Shown: positions 1 to 9,536, counted from the stretch's first letter. The stretch is DNA of 64,000 bases from a candidate division WOR-3 bacterium (GCA_027050205.1 JALUCS010000093.1:35533-99532); one strand, 5' to 3'. Made by a program: numbers and translations. Notes: a model not told the origin generated them from the letters alone.

Positions 1-1063
1 CACCTTGGCCAGGGACGAGAACGCCATAATCTGGGGCCTCGGCTTCCTGAAGGACGTCGGGTTTGATATGGCCGAGAGGATAGTGAAGGAGAGGAAGGAG
101 AGGGGACCCTACAGAAGCGTCTCCGACTTCGCCCGTCGCACCAAGGCCAACCGCAAGGTCCTTGAGGCCCTGACCAGGGCGGGGGCGCTTGACTCCATAT
201 CCGGAATGACCCGCTCCCAGCTCCTTGAGGACGTCCGGGCCGGTAAGGTGGGCAAGAGGTCCGCCGGCAACCTCTTCGGCGATATGATGAAGCGTAAGGC
301 CAAGGAGCGGAAGGAGGACCTGAACACCCTCCTGCACATGGAGAGGCAGTCCCTCGGCTTGTACATATCCGGCAAGCCCTACGAGGCCTACAGGGACGTC
401 GCCAGGGCCTACGGCTTCCCGAAGATAGAGGACCTGGAGGCGGGGGCGCAGAACGGTGAGGTCACCTTCGTCGCCTCCCTCCTGTACTACGACAAGAGGA
501 AGTTCCGCAGCGGTACCAAGCTCACCCTCCTCCTTGAGGACGACACCGGAACGGTTGAGGCCAGTATGTTTATCTCCGAGGGCCTGACGGAGCTTCTGGA
601 CAGGTTAGAGAACAACCTCGTCTTCGTCGTCAGGGGGACGGTCAGGAAGGTATCCGACGAGAACGAGGAGGAGGAGAGGGTGGAGGTCCGGATAAAGGAC
701 GCCTCCTCCATCGTACCGGTGAGGGAGTTCGTAAAGGGCAACAGGATAGTGGCCAACGGGGACCCGGACGCCGCCCTTGAGAGGATGCTGAAGAAGTTTG
801 AGATAGTCGCCCCCAACGGATTCAAGAGCATAGACGAGGGGAAGAGGGCCTTCGTTAAGTTCTGGATAAGGGAGATAGCCGGCGAGGAGTTCGCCGAGGA
901 CCTGCCCTACCCCCTCGCCCTCAAGGTCCTGAAGAGGCTAACCGTAAAGGACACCTCCCTGCTGTTGGAGCGCAGGGACCCCTACGACGAAGCCGCCTAC
1001 GCCCTCCTCATCAGGGACATAGACGGATGGACGGAGGCCGTTAAGGGCCTGAGGAGGCGTTAG
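1..1063 (+). CDS. dnaE: DNA polymerase III alpha subunit, C-terminal part (5' truncated by window)
   Basis: IIWGLGFLKDVG HhH, GPYRSVSDFARR, LEALTRAGALDS, ERQSLGLYISG and OB-fold LEDDTGTVEA motifs; frame is open to the window start. Confidence 0.92.
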   Translation, partial: TLARDENAIIWGLGFLKDVGFDMAERIVKERKERGPYRSVSDFARRTKANRKVLEALTRAGALDSISGMTRSQLLEDVRAGKVGKRSAGNLFGDMMKRKAKERKEDLNTLLHMERQSLGLYISGKPYEAYRDVARAYGFPKIEDLEAGAQNGEVTFVASLLYYDKRKFRSGTKLTLLLEDDTGTVEASMFISEGLTELLDRLENNLVFVVRGTVRKVSDENEEEERVEVRIKDASSIVPVREFVKGNRIVANGDPDAALERMLKKFEIVAPNGFKSIDEGKRAFVKFWIREIAGEEFAEDLPYPLALKVLKRLTVKDTSLLLERRDPYDEAAYALLIRDIDGWTEAVKGLRRR

Positions 1064-1065
1064 CC

Positions 1066-1113
1066 GGAATTCCGCTGATAGAATGGAGATTGCTCTGCAG
1101 TCTTATCAATCGG
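1066..1113 (+). repeat. 48-bp dispersed repeat (motif D), copy 1
   Basis: 39/48 identical by manual alignment to 32390-32437. Confidence 0.8.
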
Positions 1114-1210
1114 CCCCATAAACTTATCCCACCGTAGGGACGTGTCCCCTGGATAGGCGATCTCGCTGTAAATTTTGGGAATTACGTAAATAGGAGGATA
1201 ATCCCATCCA

Positions 1211-1263
1211 CACCTTCAACGCAAGTTTTAAGATCCCTGCACTTCCCATTAACGGATTCTGAA
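1211..1263 (+). repeat. Partial copy of the ~84-bp intergenic element
   Basis: TTTAAGATCCCTGCACTTCCCATTAACGGATTCTGAA matches the element 3' half at 40751-40787 and revcomp 9735-9773. Confidence 0.7.
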
Positions 1264-1425
1264 CGGTATCAGGGACGACTAGTCTTTGAATGGGAATCGC
1301 CAATGCGGGAAGTTTCACCGGCGACCTCTTGAAAGTTGGCATCACTCTATCCGCAGAATACCACTCGGTCTTGTGGTACATTCCAAGATGGAGTACGACA
1401 TCCCTCCTCCAAGAGGTTGGAATCC

Positions 1426-1490
1426 GGGTATTACACCGATAGGACGCACATTCAAAAGACGCAATTGAACTTCAAAAAATCGGCAATCCG
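1426..1490 (+). repeat. Motif C (GGGTATTACACCGATAGG) followed by a degenerate 5' half of the element
   Basis: 1426-1443 is 17/18 identical to 40681-40698; followed by GCACATTCAAAAGACGCAATTGAAC-TTCAAAAAATC. Confidence 0.65.
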
Positions 1491-1695
1491 GGGTCATATT
1501 TTGGTATCGGTAATGGGGAGAATTTCACCCTAACGGCTCCTCGGAGTTTGTATCACTCCGTCCGCAGAGACCCGTTAAAATCCGGATCACTCCATCAGCT
1601 GAATGCGACTTTTTTCAAGGTTGGAAGCGCATCCAAAATAAGACGTTTTAACGTTCCACCCCTCCCTACGACTTCAGTTTTTCCCCCTCCCCAAA

Positions 1696-1769
1696 TCGGG
1701 GCACCGGGATTCGAACCCGGGACCTCCTGGTCCCAAACCAGGCGCGCTGCCAGGCTGCGCTATGCCCCG
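1696..1769 (-). tRNA. tRNA-Pro(UGG), CCA not encoded
   Basis: Revcomp folds as a cloverleaf: acceptor CGGGGCA/TGCCCCG, anticodon arm CCTGG-TTTGGGA-CCAGG, T loop TTCGAAT. Confidence 0.96.
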
Positions 1770-1827
1770 TAGCCGAGGACGTAATTCTAAGGATGGGAGC
1801 CACCCTATCACCGGTATAATACCTGCG

Positions 1828-2190
1828 ATGCAGGTTGATTTGCAGCGACTCCGCAGCGTAATAAGGGGGACGGGATGGGCGAAGTTCCTCGCCATAATGT
1901 ACTACATAGCCGCCGTCGGCTACATCCTCGGATGCGTCACCATCCCCTTCGGCATTATAACGATCATCTTGGGGATGAAACTCTGGAGTGCCGCCGACAA
2001 CTTGGACAGGTTGAAGTACAGCGATGACCCTACGGCCCTCTACGCCGCCCTTGATGACCTCGGCTCCTACTTCGTATGGTCTGGCATCCTCGTGGTCATC
2101 GGGATAATCCTGACTATCATATCCGTAATCGCCTTCGTCCTCTACTTCGCCACCTACATGCCCTCCCTCTACGACCTCTACAGCCTCTAA
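1828..2190 (+). CDS. DUF5362-like membrane protein
   Basis: GWAKFLAI and LDDLGSYFVWSG pattern, 3 TM segments; start moved to ATG 1828, 7 nt after TATAAT. Confidence 0.7.
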   Translation: MQVDLQRLRSVIRGTGWAKFLAIMYYIAAVGYILGCVTIPFGIITIILGMKLWSAADNLDRLKYSDDPTALYAALDDLGSYFVWSGILVVIGIILTIISVIAFVLYFATYMPSLYDLYSL

Positions 2191-2885
2191 AACCCCCTCG
2201 CCCGAAGGAAGACGTACGGCACCCCTTCGGCGTCCCTTATCGTCCCCATCTTATCGTACGGCCGGTAGCCCAGACCGGCGGTTAGGTCTCCCTCTTTACT
2301 CCGAAACTCCACCCCACCCTCCAGTTTCAGGCTACCCCTAACCCTCCTGTAGTCCCTCGCCGCGGCGACGGTCAAACTGACGTCTAAGAAGGCTGCCATA
2401 TCACCCTTGAGGGGGCGCCTGAACCTCCGGAAGGCGGAGAAGGCCGTCCCCCAATCCGCCCCCTGGGATAGGAACTTGTACCGGGGGTCGTAGAGGTACT
2501 GGGTTAGGGACACTTCGACGTCCCTCTCACGGTAGAGGAGTCGGAAAGCGTTCCAGTAGAGGGGGAGGGTGTCTAAGCGGTCTATGTAGTGGAAGCAGGT
2601 ATGCTCCAGAAAGAGGTAGCCCACCCCTTTGGCGAACTCCCGGAAGCCCCCAAGCCAGGCGTAGTAGTCGGCGTATATGGGGTCCAACTGTATGGGGCCG
2701 ACGTCGTATCCGAACCATACGACGAAATCTCCCCCGAAGGCCAGGCCGTACCTACCCCACCTGAAGGCTCTCATATAGCCGCCGATGTCGGCGAGGGCGC
2801 TCTTGTCCCTGTACCTGTAGGAGAACTTGGAGAAGGAGGCCCAAGCCTCGTGGTGCATATAGACGAAGGCGGTCAGGAGGAGCAT
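2187..2885 (-). CDS. Hypothetical, probable outer-membrane beta-barrel protein
   Basis: Aromatic-rich alternating strands, C-terminal F; ATG 2885 lies 6 nt after TACAAT. Confidence 0.55.
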   Translation of the reverse strand: MLLLTAFVYMHHEAWASFSKFSYRYRDKSALADIGGYMRAFRWGRYGLAFGGDFVVWFGYDVGPIQLDPIYADYYAWLGGFREFAKGVGYLFLEHTCFHYIDRLDTLPLYWNAFRLLYRERDVEVSLTQYLYDPRYKFLSQGADWGTAFSAFRRFRRPLKGDMAAFLDVSLTVAAARDYRRVRGSLKLEGGVEFRSKEGDLTAGLGYRPYDKMGTIRDAEGVPYVFLRARGF

Positions 2886-2945
2886 ACGGCTATTGTAGGG
2901 CCGCCACAACGACCCCTTTACCCCCTTATAATATCCACCTCAAAC

Positions 2946-3020
2946 GGGGACGTAGTTCAGCCCGGTTAGAACGCCGGCCTGTCACGCCGGAGGTCGCGGG
3001 TTCAAATCCCGTCGTCCCCG
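2946..3020 (+). tRNA. tRNA-Asp(GUC), CCA not encoded
   Basis: GGGGACG/CGTCCCC acceptor, anticodon arm CCGGC-CTGTCAC-GCCGG, TTCAAAT T loop; TATAAT at 2927-2932. Confidence 0.96.
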
Positions 3021-3021
3021 C

Positions 3022-3990
3022 TTGTTTTTTTCTGAACCCGTCCGCGTGGGTGTCGTGGGGGTGGGTTATCTGGGTTCGCTTCACGTCAAAAGGCTTAAAG
3101 AGATAGATTTCGCCCATCTGGTCGGTATCTACGACATAAACCCCTCCCGCGCCGGGGAGGTGGCCTCCGAGTACGGTACGGTAGCCTACCCCTCCCTCCA
3201 AGCCCTCATAGAGGACGTTGAGGCCGTGGTGATAGCAGCCCCGACGACCGCCCACTACGAGATAGCGCGGGAGAGCATAGTCAAAGGTAGGCACGTCTTC
3301 GTTGAGAAACCCCTAACCGACTCCCTTGAGACGGCGAGGGAGATAGTGCAGCTCTCCAAGAGGTACGGCGTCAAGGTTCAGGTGGGCCACATAGAGCGGT
3401 TCAACCCCGCCTTCATTGCTGCGAAGGAGTACATAGAAGGGAGGGTGTACTTCATAGAGAGCGTCCGGATGAGCGTCTACAACCCCCGCGGTACGGACGT
3501 AGACGTCATCCTTGACCTGATGATACACGACATAGACCTCACCCTCTCCCTGATGGGGGAGGAGCCGGAATCCGTGAGCGCCGTCGGCATCCCGGTCATA
3601 ACCGGAGACATAGACATCGCCAACGTCAGGTTGGAGTTCCCCTCCGGCTCCGCCGCCAATCTAACGGCGAGCCGCGTCTCCCTTGAGAAGATGAGGAAGT
3701 TCAGGGTCTTCGTTATGGACAGGTACCTCTCCATAGACCTCTACCGGAGGCGGATAGATATGGTGCAGAAGGTGGGGGACGAGCTTATCCCCTACTTCCC
3801 CCCCGTAGATGCCACGAAGGACGCCATAACGTTGGAGTTGGAGGCCTTCCTCAAGGCCGTAAGGGGAGAGGGAGAGGTGGCGGTGAGCGCCGAAGACGGC
3901 TACCGGAGTATGAAGGTGGCCGATACGATAAAGCGGAAGATATACGAGCGAATAAGGAGGGTGGAAGGGGATGCGGATACCCGGTCATGA
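3022..3990 (+). CDS. Gfo/Idh/MocA oxidoreductase (GnnA-like)
   Basis: VGVVGVGYLG Rossmann motif, VEKP, VGHIERFNP, DLMIHDID. Confidence 0.9.
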   Translation: MFFSEPVRVGVVGVGYLGSLHVKRLKEIDFAHLVGIYDINPSRAGEVASEYGTVAYPSLQALIEDVEAVVIAAPTTAHYEIARESIVKGRHVFVEKPLTDSLETAREIVQLSKRYGVKVQVGHIERFNPAFIAAKEYIEGRVYFIESVRMSVYNPRGTDVDVILDLMIHDIDLTLSLMGEEPESVSAVGIPVITGDIDIANVRLEFPSGSAANLTASRVSLEKMRKFRVFVMDRYLSIDLYRRRIDMVQKVGDELIPYFPPVDATKDAITLELEAFLKAVRGEGEVAVSAEDGYRSMKVADTIKRKIYERIRRVEGDADTRS

Positions 3991-4357
3991 CCTCTGCTTC
4001 GTATGCGGCAGGAACTCCCGTATAGGGCTGGACTTTGAGGAGAGGGACGGGTGGATGTGCGCCACCTTTAGACCTACGGAGGAGTTCCAGAGCTTCAAAG
4101 GGATCATTCACGGGGGAATAATAGCCTCCGTCCTCGCCGAGGCGATGGGCATGGCCGTCTCCCTCCTTGAGGGGAGGTTCTTGGGTAAGCGGATAGGCGT
4201 TGAGTACCACGCCCCCGTCCGGCCAGGAAGGAGGTACAGGGTGTGCGGTAAGGTCGTCCGCAGGGAGGGCAGGAAGATCTTCGCCGTCGCCGAAATCTAC
4301 GACTCGGATGGGAAGGTCTGCGCCGACGCGGAGGGACTTTTCATAGCCCTCCCTTAG
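3971..4357 (+). CDS. PaaI family (hotdog) thioesterase
   Basis: CFVCG.N..GL and GIIHGGIIASVLAE motifs. Confidence 0.85.
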   Translation: MRIPGHDLCFVCGRNSRIGLDFEERDGWMCATFRPTEEFQSFKGIIHGGIIASVLAEAMGMAVSLLEGRFLGKRIGVEYHAPVRPGRRYRVCGKVVRREGRKIFAVAEIYDSDGKVCADAEGLFIALP

Positions 4358-5475
4358 AGGACCTCCCCGTATATCTCCCGGATTATCCTGTTGTTCAGGT
4401 ACTCCTCCGCCGGTAGATCCGTCTGGAGGACCACCCCACCTTGCATACCCTCCGGGAGGACGTCGTAGGCTGCTATGGCCCCTCCGGACGTGGTGGCCTG
4501 TATCGCCGATAGGCGGAAATCTCCGTAGAGGGCGGGCCTGACCTCAACGAGCCTCTCCATAGCCCTTAGCTCCCCCTCGGAGTCGTATCCAGCAACGGAG
4601 ACGTAGACCACCACCCAGTCCTCCTCCACCAAGGGTATCCTCTTAAGCTCCTCAAGGAGCCTCTCTATCTTCTCGTTGTGGGGGAGGTACCGCCAGGTCT
4701 CAAGGAGGGACCTCGCCCAGTCGTAGTGTCCGGGCCACCTCAAGGTCTTGTAATCCAACCTCCGTACCTTACCGGCGAAGTACTCCGGCGTGGTGGAGGC
4801 CCCACCGGACGTCAGATCCGCCTCCAGGACCCTGCCGTTGAGTATCAGGGTCTCCGGCTCCGATAGGGAGGGGACGAGCTGTATCCCACCGTCCCGGAGT
4901 ACCACCGAAGGCTCAACGTACTCAACGGCCACACCGGCGGCGCTCCAGGTCCTAGCGTAGAAGTAGGGGGAGGAGACGTTGGGGGTGAGGGCGCCCACCC
5001 TCATCCTCACCTCGTCGGGGTACTTACCGTACTCCTTCAGGAACCTCTCCGCGAGATAGACGGCGAGGACGTTTACGAAACCGGGAGCCAGGCCGGCCTG
5101 GAGGACGAAGACGGGCGGGTTCTCGGCCTCGGCCACCATCCGCCTTATGGCTTCGGTGGCCTTCACGTGTTCGGTGAGGTTGACGTAGTTCGTGGAGGTC
5201 CTCAAAGCGGCCTCCGCCATACGGGTGGCCTCCCTACCGGGGAGACAGTCAAAGAGGACGTCCGCTTCGGACAGGATGGCGAGGAACTCCTCGCTTAGGC
5301 CCTCCGACGGTAGGTGGAAGGCCTCACCGCCTACGAGGTGCGCTATGGCCTCCGCCTTTTCCCTCCTCCTGCCCCCCACTAAGATGCGGGCCTCCGGATA
5401 GAACCTCCGCACGAGTATGGCCGTGGATTTGGCTACGATGCCAGAACCGGCTATGGCTACGGTCTTGGGTTTCAT
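4354..5475 (-). CDS. Saccharopine dehydrogenase-like oxidoreductase
   Basis: IAGSGIV, GLAPGFVN, TWS..G, YKTLRWPGH, SAIQATT motifs. Confidence 0.85.
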   Translation of the reverse strand: MKPKTVAIAGSGIVAKSTAILVRRFYPEARILVGGRRREKAEAIAHLVGGEAFHLPSEGLSEEFLAILSEADVLFDCLPGREATRMAEAALRTSTNYVNLTEHVKATEAIRRMVAEAENPPVFVLQAGLAPGFVNVLAVYLAERFLKEYGKYPDEVRMRVGALTPNVSSPYFYARTWSAAGVAVEYVEPSVVLRDGGIQLVPSLSEPETLILNGRVLEADLTSGGASTTPEYFAGKVRRLDYKTLRWPGHYDWARSLLETWRYLPHNEKIERLLEELKRIPLVEEDWVVVYVSVAGYDSEGELRAMERLVEVRPALYGDFRLSAIQATTSGGAIAAYDVLPEGMQGGVVLQTDLPAEEYLNNRIIREIYGEVL

Positions 5476-5543
5476 AACCGGCGATTATACCTGTGTAGGG
5501 CGTTTGCATCGCCCCAACTTTCGGGCGTATAATAGCGGGTGCC

Positions 5544-6215
5544 ATGGGTTTTCTAAGGGAAGAAGACAGGGCTTATTTGCGTCAAAAGTTCGGGGCGGAG
5601 CTGGAGAAACCGGTCGTCTTGCTCTTTTTTAAGAAAAACATCGGGTGCGACTACTGTGAGGACGAGGAAAAGCTCCTTAAAGAGGTGGCGGAGCTTTCCG
5701 ATAAGATAGAGGTGGTGGTGAAGAACGTTGTTACCGACAAGGCGGAGGCGGAGAAGTACGCCATCCACGACGCCCCTGCCCTCGCCATACTTCAGAAGAC
5801 GGAGGAGGGCGACCTGATAGACTTCGGGATGAGGTACTTCGGCATACCCGCCGGCTACGAGTTCTCCGCCCTGATAGAGAGCATCGTCCTCGCCTCCACC
5901 GGTCGCTCCGGTCTGTCCCCGGAGATAGAGGAGCAGATAAAGGACATAGACAAGGACATAGTCATCTACGTCTTCGTCACGCCAACGTGTCCCTACTGTC
6001 CCCGTGCCGTCCTCACCTCCCACCGCTTCGCCGTAGCAAATCCCCACATAAAGGGCTATATGATAGAGGCCTTGGAGTACCCCCACTGGGCCGACCAGTA
6101 CCACGTTCACGCCGTACCCAAGATCGTTATAAACGACATCGTTGAGTTTGAGGGGGCATATCCGGAACCTTTCTTCGCCGAGAAGATAAGGGAAGCGGCA
6201 GCCTTAACTAAGTAA
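5544..6215 (+). CDS. Protein disulfide oxidoreductase (PDO, two thioredoxin folds)
   Basis: CDYC and CPYC motifs, YFGIPAGYEF, FEGAYPE. Confidence 0.92.
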   Translation: MGFLREEDRAYLRQKFGAELEKPVVLLFFKKNIGCDYCEDEEKLLKEVAELSDKIEVVVKNVVTDKAEAEKYAIHDAPALAILQKTEEGDLIDFGMRYFGIPAGYEFSALIESIVLASTGRSGLSPEIEEQIKDIDKDIVIYVFVTPTCPYCPRAVLTSHRFAVANPHIKGYMIEALEYPHWADQYHVHAVPKIVINDIVEFEGAYPEPFFAEKIREAAALTK

Positions 6216-6230
6216 GAGGAGGTTTAGGCA

Positions 6231-6413
6231 ATGACTTCACCGAGAAGGAGACAGTCTGCGACGAGAGGGAGGAAGAGGAGGACCCACTGGAAGGTCAGGA
6301 GGCCGGCCCTATCCACGTGTCCCTCCTGCGGCAAGCCCAAGCCTCCCCACTTCGCCTGTCCCCACTGTGGGTACTACAAGGGGAGGGTGGCCATAGTGGT
6401 TGAGATGAAGTGA
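6231..6413 (+). CDS. rpmF: 50S ribosomal protein L32 (zinc-binding form)
   Basis: PRRRQSATRGRKRRTH, CPSCG..KPPHFACPHCGYY; precedes plsX; AGGAGG SD. Confidence 0.95.
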   Translation: MTSPRRRQSATRGRKRRTHWKVRRPALSTCPSCGKPKPPHFACPHCGYYKGRVAIVVEMK

Positions 6414-7402
6414 TGCGGGTCGCCCTGGACGCCTTCGGTACGGACAACGCCCCGCTACCGGAGATAAGGGGCGCCCTCAAGGTCTTGGAGGAGGAGAGGG
6501 ATATAGAGGTAGTTTTGGTGGGCGATGAAAGGATAATAAGGGACCACCTTGACGAGATTCCTCCCCGCCTGCACGTGGTCCACGCCCCTGACAGGGTCTT
6601 CCACCACGATAAACCCTCGGAAGTTTTGAAGAAGCGACCCGAATCCTCCATGGCCATCGCTATGGACTTGGTAAGGAAAGGGGAAGCCGACGCCTTCATA
6701 TCCGCTGGCAACACGGGGGCCGTTATGGCCTTCGCCCTAAGGAAGCTGGGGAGGATCCGGGGGGTCAGGAGGCCGGCCATCGGCGCCCTCTTCCCGAACA
6801 TAAACGAAGGGAGGACCCTCGTCCTGGACATGGGGGCCAACATCCACGTCTCCTCCGACATCCTCGTACAGTTCGGCATAATGGGGGCGGCCTTCTACAA
6901 CGCTCTCTTCCACCGCCACCCGAGGCTCGCCCTCCTAAACATCGGGGAGGAGGAGGGGAAAGGGGGGGACGTGATAGTCAAGGCGAGGAGAAAGCTTGAG
7001 ACGATGGATGCCCACTACCGCTTCGTCGGCTACGTTGAGGGCCACGAGATCCTTATGGACAAGGCCGACGTGATAGTTATGGACGGCTTCGTGGGGAACG
7101 TCCTCCTGAAGTTCGGAGAGAGCGTCCTAAGTATCATCCTTGAGTTCATAAAGAGGGAGGTGAAGGGGAATCCGAGGGCCTTGCTCGGTGCGATGCTGCT
7201 GAAACCGGCCTTCAAGGCCGTTCGGAAGAAGGCGGACTTTGAGGAGTACGGGGGCGCCCCCTTAATAGGCGTGAACGGTATCGTGATAATAGCCCACGGC
7301 CGTTCCTCCGCCCGTGCCATACACAACGCCATCCTCGTCGCCCGTACCCTCCACAACCACAAGCTCTTAGAGAAGACTCGCAGGTACTTGGAGGAGGCCT
7401 AA
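6413..7402 (+). CDS. plsX: Phosphate acyltransferase PlsX
   Basis: ALDAFGTDNAP, SAGNTGA, LDMGAN, NIGEEEGKG, DGFVGN, AHGRS. Confidence 0.96.
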   Translation: MRVALDAFGTDNAPLPEIRGALKVLEEERDIEVVLVGDERIIRDHLDEIPPRLHVVHAPDRVFHHDKPSEVLKKRPESSMAIAMDLVRKGEADAFISAGNTGAVMAFALRKLGRIRGVRRPAIGALFPNINEGRTLVLDMGANIHVSSDILVQFGIMGAAFYNALFHRHPRLALLNIGEEEGKGGDVIVKARRKLETMDAHYRFVGYVEGHEILMDKADVIVMDGFVGNVLLKFGESVLSIILEFIKREVKGNPRALLGAMLLKPAFKAVRKKADFEEYGGAPLIGVNGIVIIAHGRSSARAIHNAILVARTLHNHKLLEKTRRYLEEA

Positions 7403-8532
7403 CCGGTATATAGGTCCACGAACTGCTCTATCACCCTGTCCCAGGAGAAGAGGCGGGAGCGGGCGTAGGCCCTCCTACCCATCTCCAACCTCGTACTTTC
7501 GTCTAAAAACATCCTTTCTATGGCCTTAGAGAGGGAGAGGGGGTCGTCGGGGGGAACGAACAGGGCGGTATCCTCCGTTGCCACCTCGTTGTACCCCGGA
7601 ATGTCCGTTACGACCACTGGCCTACCGCTGGCGAAGGCCTCAAGTATCACTATGCCGAAAGCTTCCCCACCCTTGGCGGGGAAGACGGCGAAGTCGGAGG
7701 AGGTGTAGAAGCGGGGGAAGTCCGGGTCTCCCATGGGGACGTTATCGTAGAGGAGGACGTTGCCGTAGGTAGCCTTGGCCTTCAGGACGGAGTCCCTTAG
7801 GGGGCCGTTTCCCACTACCACCAACTTGTACCTCTCCCCGAAGCCCTCCATCCTCCGGGATAGAATCCCCCACGCCTCTATCAGGGTATCCACCCCCTTA
7901 CGGGCGTCCAACCTCCCCACGAAAAGGGCGGTCTTCCTACCGTCAATGAGGTGGGAGAGGGGGGGGAGGTCCGGCCTGAACACCTCCGTATCTACGGCGT
8001 TCGGGACCACCTTAACCCCGGATATGCCGAAGAGTTCCTCCATCTCCCTAGCCGTGGAGCGGGAGGGAGCGGTTAGGGCGTGGTGAAGCCGTACGAGGGG
8101 TGATAGGAGCCTGCCGGTTAGCCGGAAGGTGGCGTTTAACTCCATCCTCTTGCTGTGGAAGGTACCCACCCGCCTTACGGAGGGGGCTATCTTTGAGACG
8201 AAGAGGGCGGAGAGCATGGAGTAGGGGGGGCCGAGAGGCCCCTGATTGTGGAAGACGGTTATCCCGTACCTCCTTATCACCTCCTTGAACTTCCCATAGA
8301 CCCTGTGGGGGTGGTCCTTTATGAACCACGTAAAACTCCCGTTAGCGAAGACCTTGCCCACTCCCCCCACCCTCTCAACGGGAAAGGGGGTTTCGGGTAT
8401 CCCTTCGTATCCCCCCGTCAGGACGACGGTCTCGTACCCCCTGCGGTGGAGGTGATAGGCCAGCTCGTAGGCAAACTTGGCTACCCCCGTCTTCAGGGGG
8501 AGGAAGCTCTCGGAGAATATGAGGACCCTCAT
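7399..8532 (-). CDS. GT4 glycosyltransferase (PimA-like)
   Basis: FVGRLDARKG, EAFGIVILEAFASG. Confidence 0.9.
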   Translation of the reverse strand: MRVLIFSESFLPLKTGVAKFAYELAYHLHRRGYETVVLTGGYEGIPETPFPVERVGGVGKVFANGSFTWFIKDHPHRVYGKFKEVIRRYGITVFHNQGPLGPPYSMLSALFVSKIAPSVRRVGTFHSKRMELNATFRLTGRLLSPLVRLHHALTAPSRSTAREMEELFGISGVKVVPNAVDTEVFRPDLPPLSHLIDGRKTALFVGRLDARKGVDTLIEAWGILSRRMEGFGERYKLVVVGNGPLRDSVLKAKATYGNVLLYDNVPMGDPDFPRFYTSSDFAVFPAKGGEAFGIVILEAFASGRPVVVTDIPGYNEVATEDTALFVPPDDPLSLSKAIERMFLDESTRLEMGRRAYARSRLFSWDRVIEQFVDLYTG

Positions 8533-8867
8533 TCGGAGCCGGGGAGGAGGCGGTTAGGGAGGTTGCCAGATAGGACGTGGATATGTACGTGCATCACCGT
8601 TTGGCCCACGGAGGCACCGTTCTTATTGACCACCCTGAAGGAGTCCAGGTTAAACATCCGGGCTACCTCGCGGATGGCCTTGAATAGCTCGTAGGCCGTC
8701 TGCTCGTCCTCTATCTCGTCAAGCCTCTCGTAATGCTCCTTCGGTATTACGAGGATATGCACATCGGCCTCCGGGCGTATGGTGTGGAAGGCTATCACCT
8801 TCTCGCTCTCGTATACAACGCGGGCCTTCTCCTCTCCCTTCGCTATGCGGCAGAAGACGCACTCCAT
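8529..8867 (-). CDS. HIT family hydrolase
   Basis: CVFC, HILVIPKEH, GQTVMHVHIHVL; ATG 8867 lies 8 nt after TACAAT. Confidence 0.93.
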   Translation of the reverse strand: MECVFCRIAKGEEKARVVYESEKVIAFHTIRPEADVHILVIPKEHYERLDEIEDEQTAYELFKAIREVARMFNLDSFRVVNKNGASVGQTVMHVHIHVLSGNLPNRLLPGSE

Positions 8868-8939
8868 CGCCCGGAATTGTAAGCCGGATAAAGGCCCCAC
8901 CACACCCACCTTTCCACCGTATAATATCAACCTCTAACT

Positions 8940-9013
8940 GGGCGCGTAGCTCAGGCGGTTAGAGCGCTCGTTTGACATGCGAGAGGTCGGAGGTTCGACT
9001 CCTCCCGCGCCCA
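8940..9013 (+). tRNA. tRNA-Val(GAC), CCA not encoded
   Basis: GGGCGCG/CGCGCCC acceptor, CTCGT-TTGACAT-GCGAG anticodon arm, TTCGACT T loop. Confidence 0.96.
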
Positions 9014-9015
9014 CT

Positions 9016-9038
9016 TGGGCCGAAAGGCCCATTTTTTT
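9016..9038 (+). terminator. Intrinsic terminator of tRNA-Val
   Basis: TGGGCC-GAAA-GGCCCA followed by T7. Confidence 0.9.
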
Positions 9039-9059
9039 GTTGGTGGAGCATAGGAGATG

Positions 9060-9144
9060 CCTTCCAAAATCCGCAAATGGGATTGTAAGAATCTTGAAGT
9101 ACAACTTACGGTTTATTGAGGTCTGATTTTCAGCTTTTGAAAGG
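9060..9144 (-). repeat. ~84-bp intergenic element, full copy
   Basis: Revcomp is 69/84 identical to 46762-46860 after removing the 15-bp duplication there; ends CCTTTCAAAA ... TTTTGGAAGG. Confidence 0.85.
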
Positions 9145-9357
9145 ACAGACGATCTTCACATCCCTCCCGGATACAACTTCAGGCGATGGACCCTCCATCG
9201 GTATAGGTCGCTTCCCAGTATTCGGCGACTTTGACAACGGCCCCCGATGATCCGCCGAAACGGAATTCTCCGTATGATAGGTGCCAAAATCCCAAATCCC
9301 GATGAGCGATCTCCCTAAACCCGGCTTCAACTCTCCGGGGTAGGACCCGGCAATAAA

Positions 9358-9536
9358 CTTCAAAATCTTGCCATCAGCTTGCAGTAATCCCAAAGCGCGA
9401 TTGTCAGCTTTTCAACTTTTGAAGGTGCGAACGGGAGGAGTACCTGTCGGCGTAGTGCCGAATTCTTTGACGGAGATTGCGGGAATTTTGAAACGCAATT
9501 AATATTTTTTAAAGTCAATTTTGCGGTTTTTAAAAC
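9358..9536 (-). repeat. Two degenerate element copies (9358-9429, 9475-9536) with motif C at 9443-9459
   Basis: Revcomps read CGCACCTTCAAAAGTTGAAAAGCTGAC and TTTTAAAAACCGCAAAATTGAC-TTTAAAAAATATTAATTGCG-TTTCAAAATTCCCGCAATC. Confidence 0.6.

Noticed and set aside
1064..1695. Integrated element or prophage at tRNA-Pro (and at tRNA-Val)
   Set aside because: No integrase, phage genes or duplicated tRNA 3' end seen
1124..1772. Short ORFs in the first AT-rich island, and likewise those at 9130-10080, 32387-32665, 40591-40791 and 46579-47021
   Set aside because: Atypical codon use, no motifs, overlapping repeat copies in several frames
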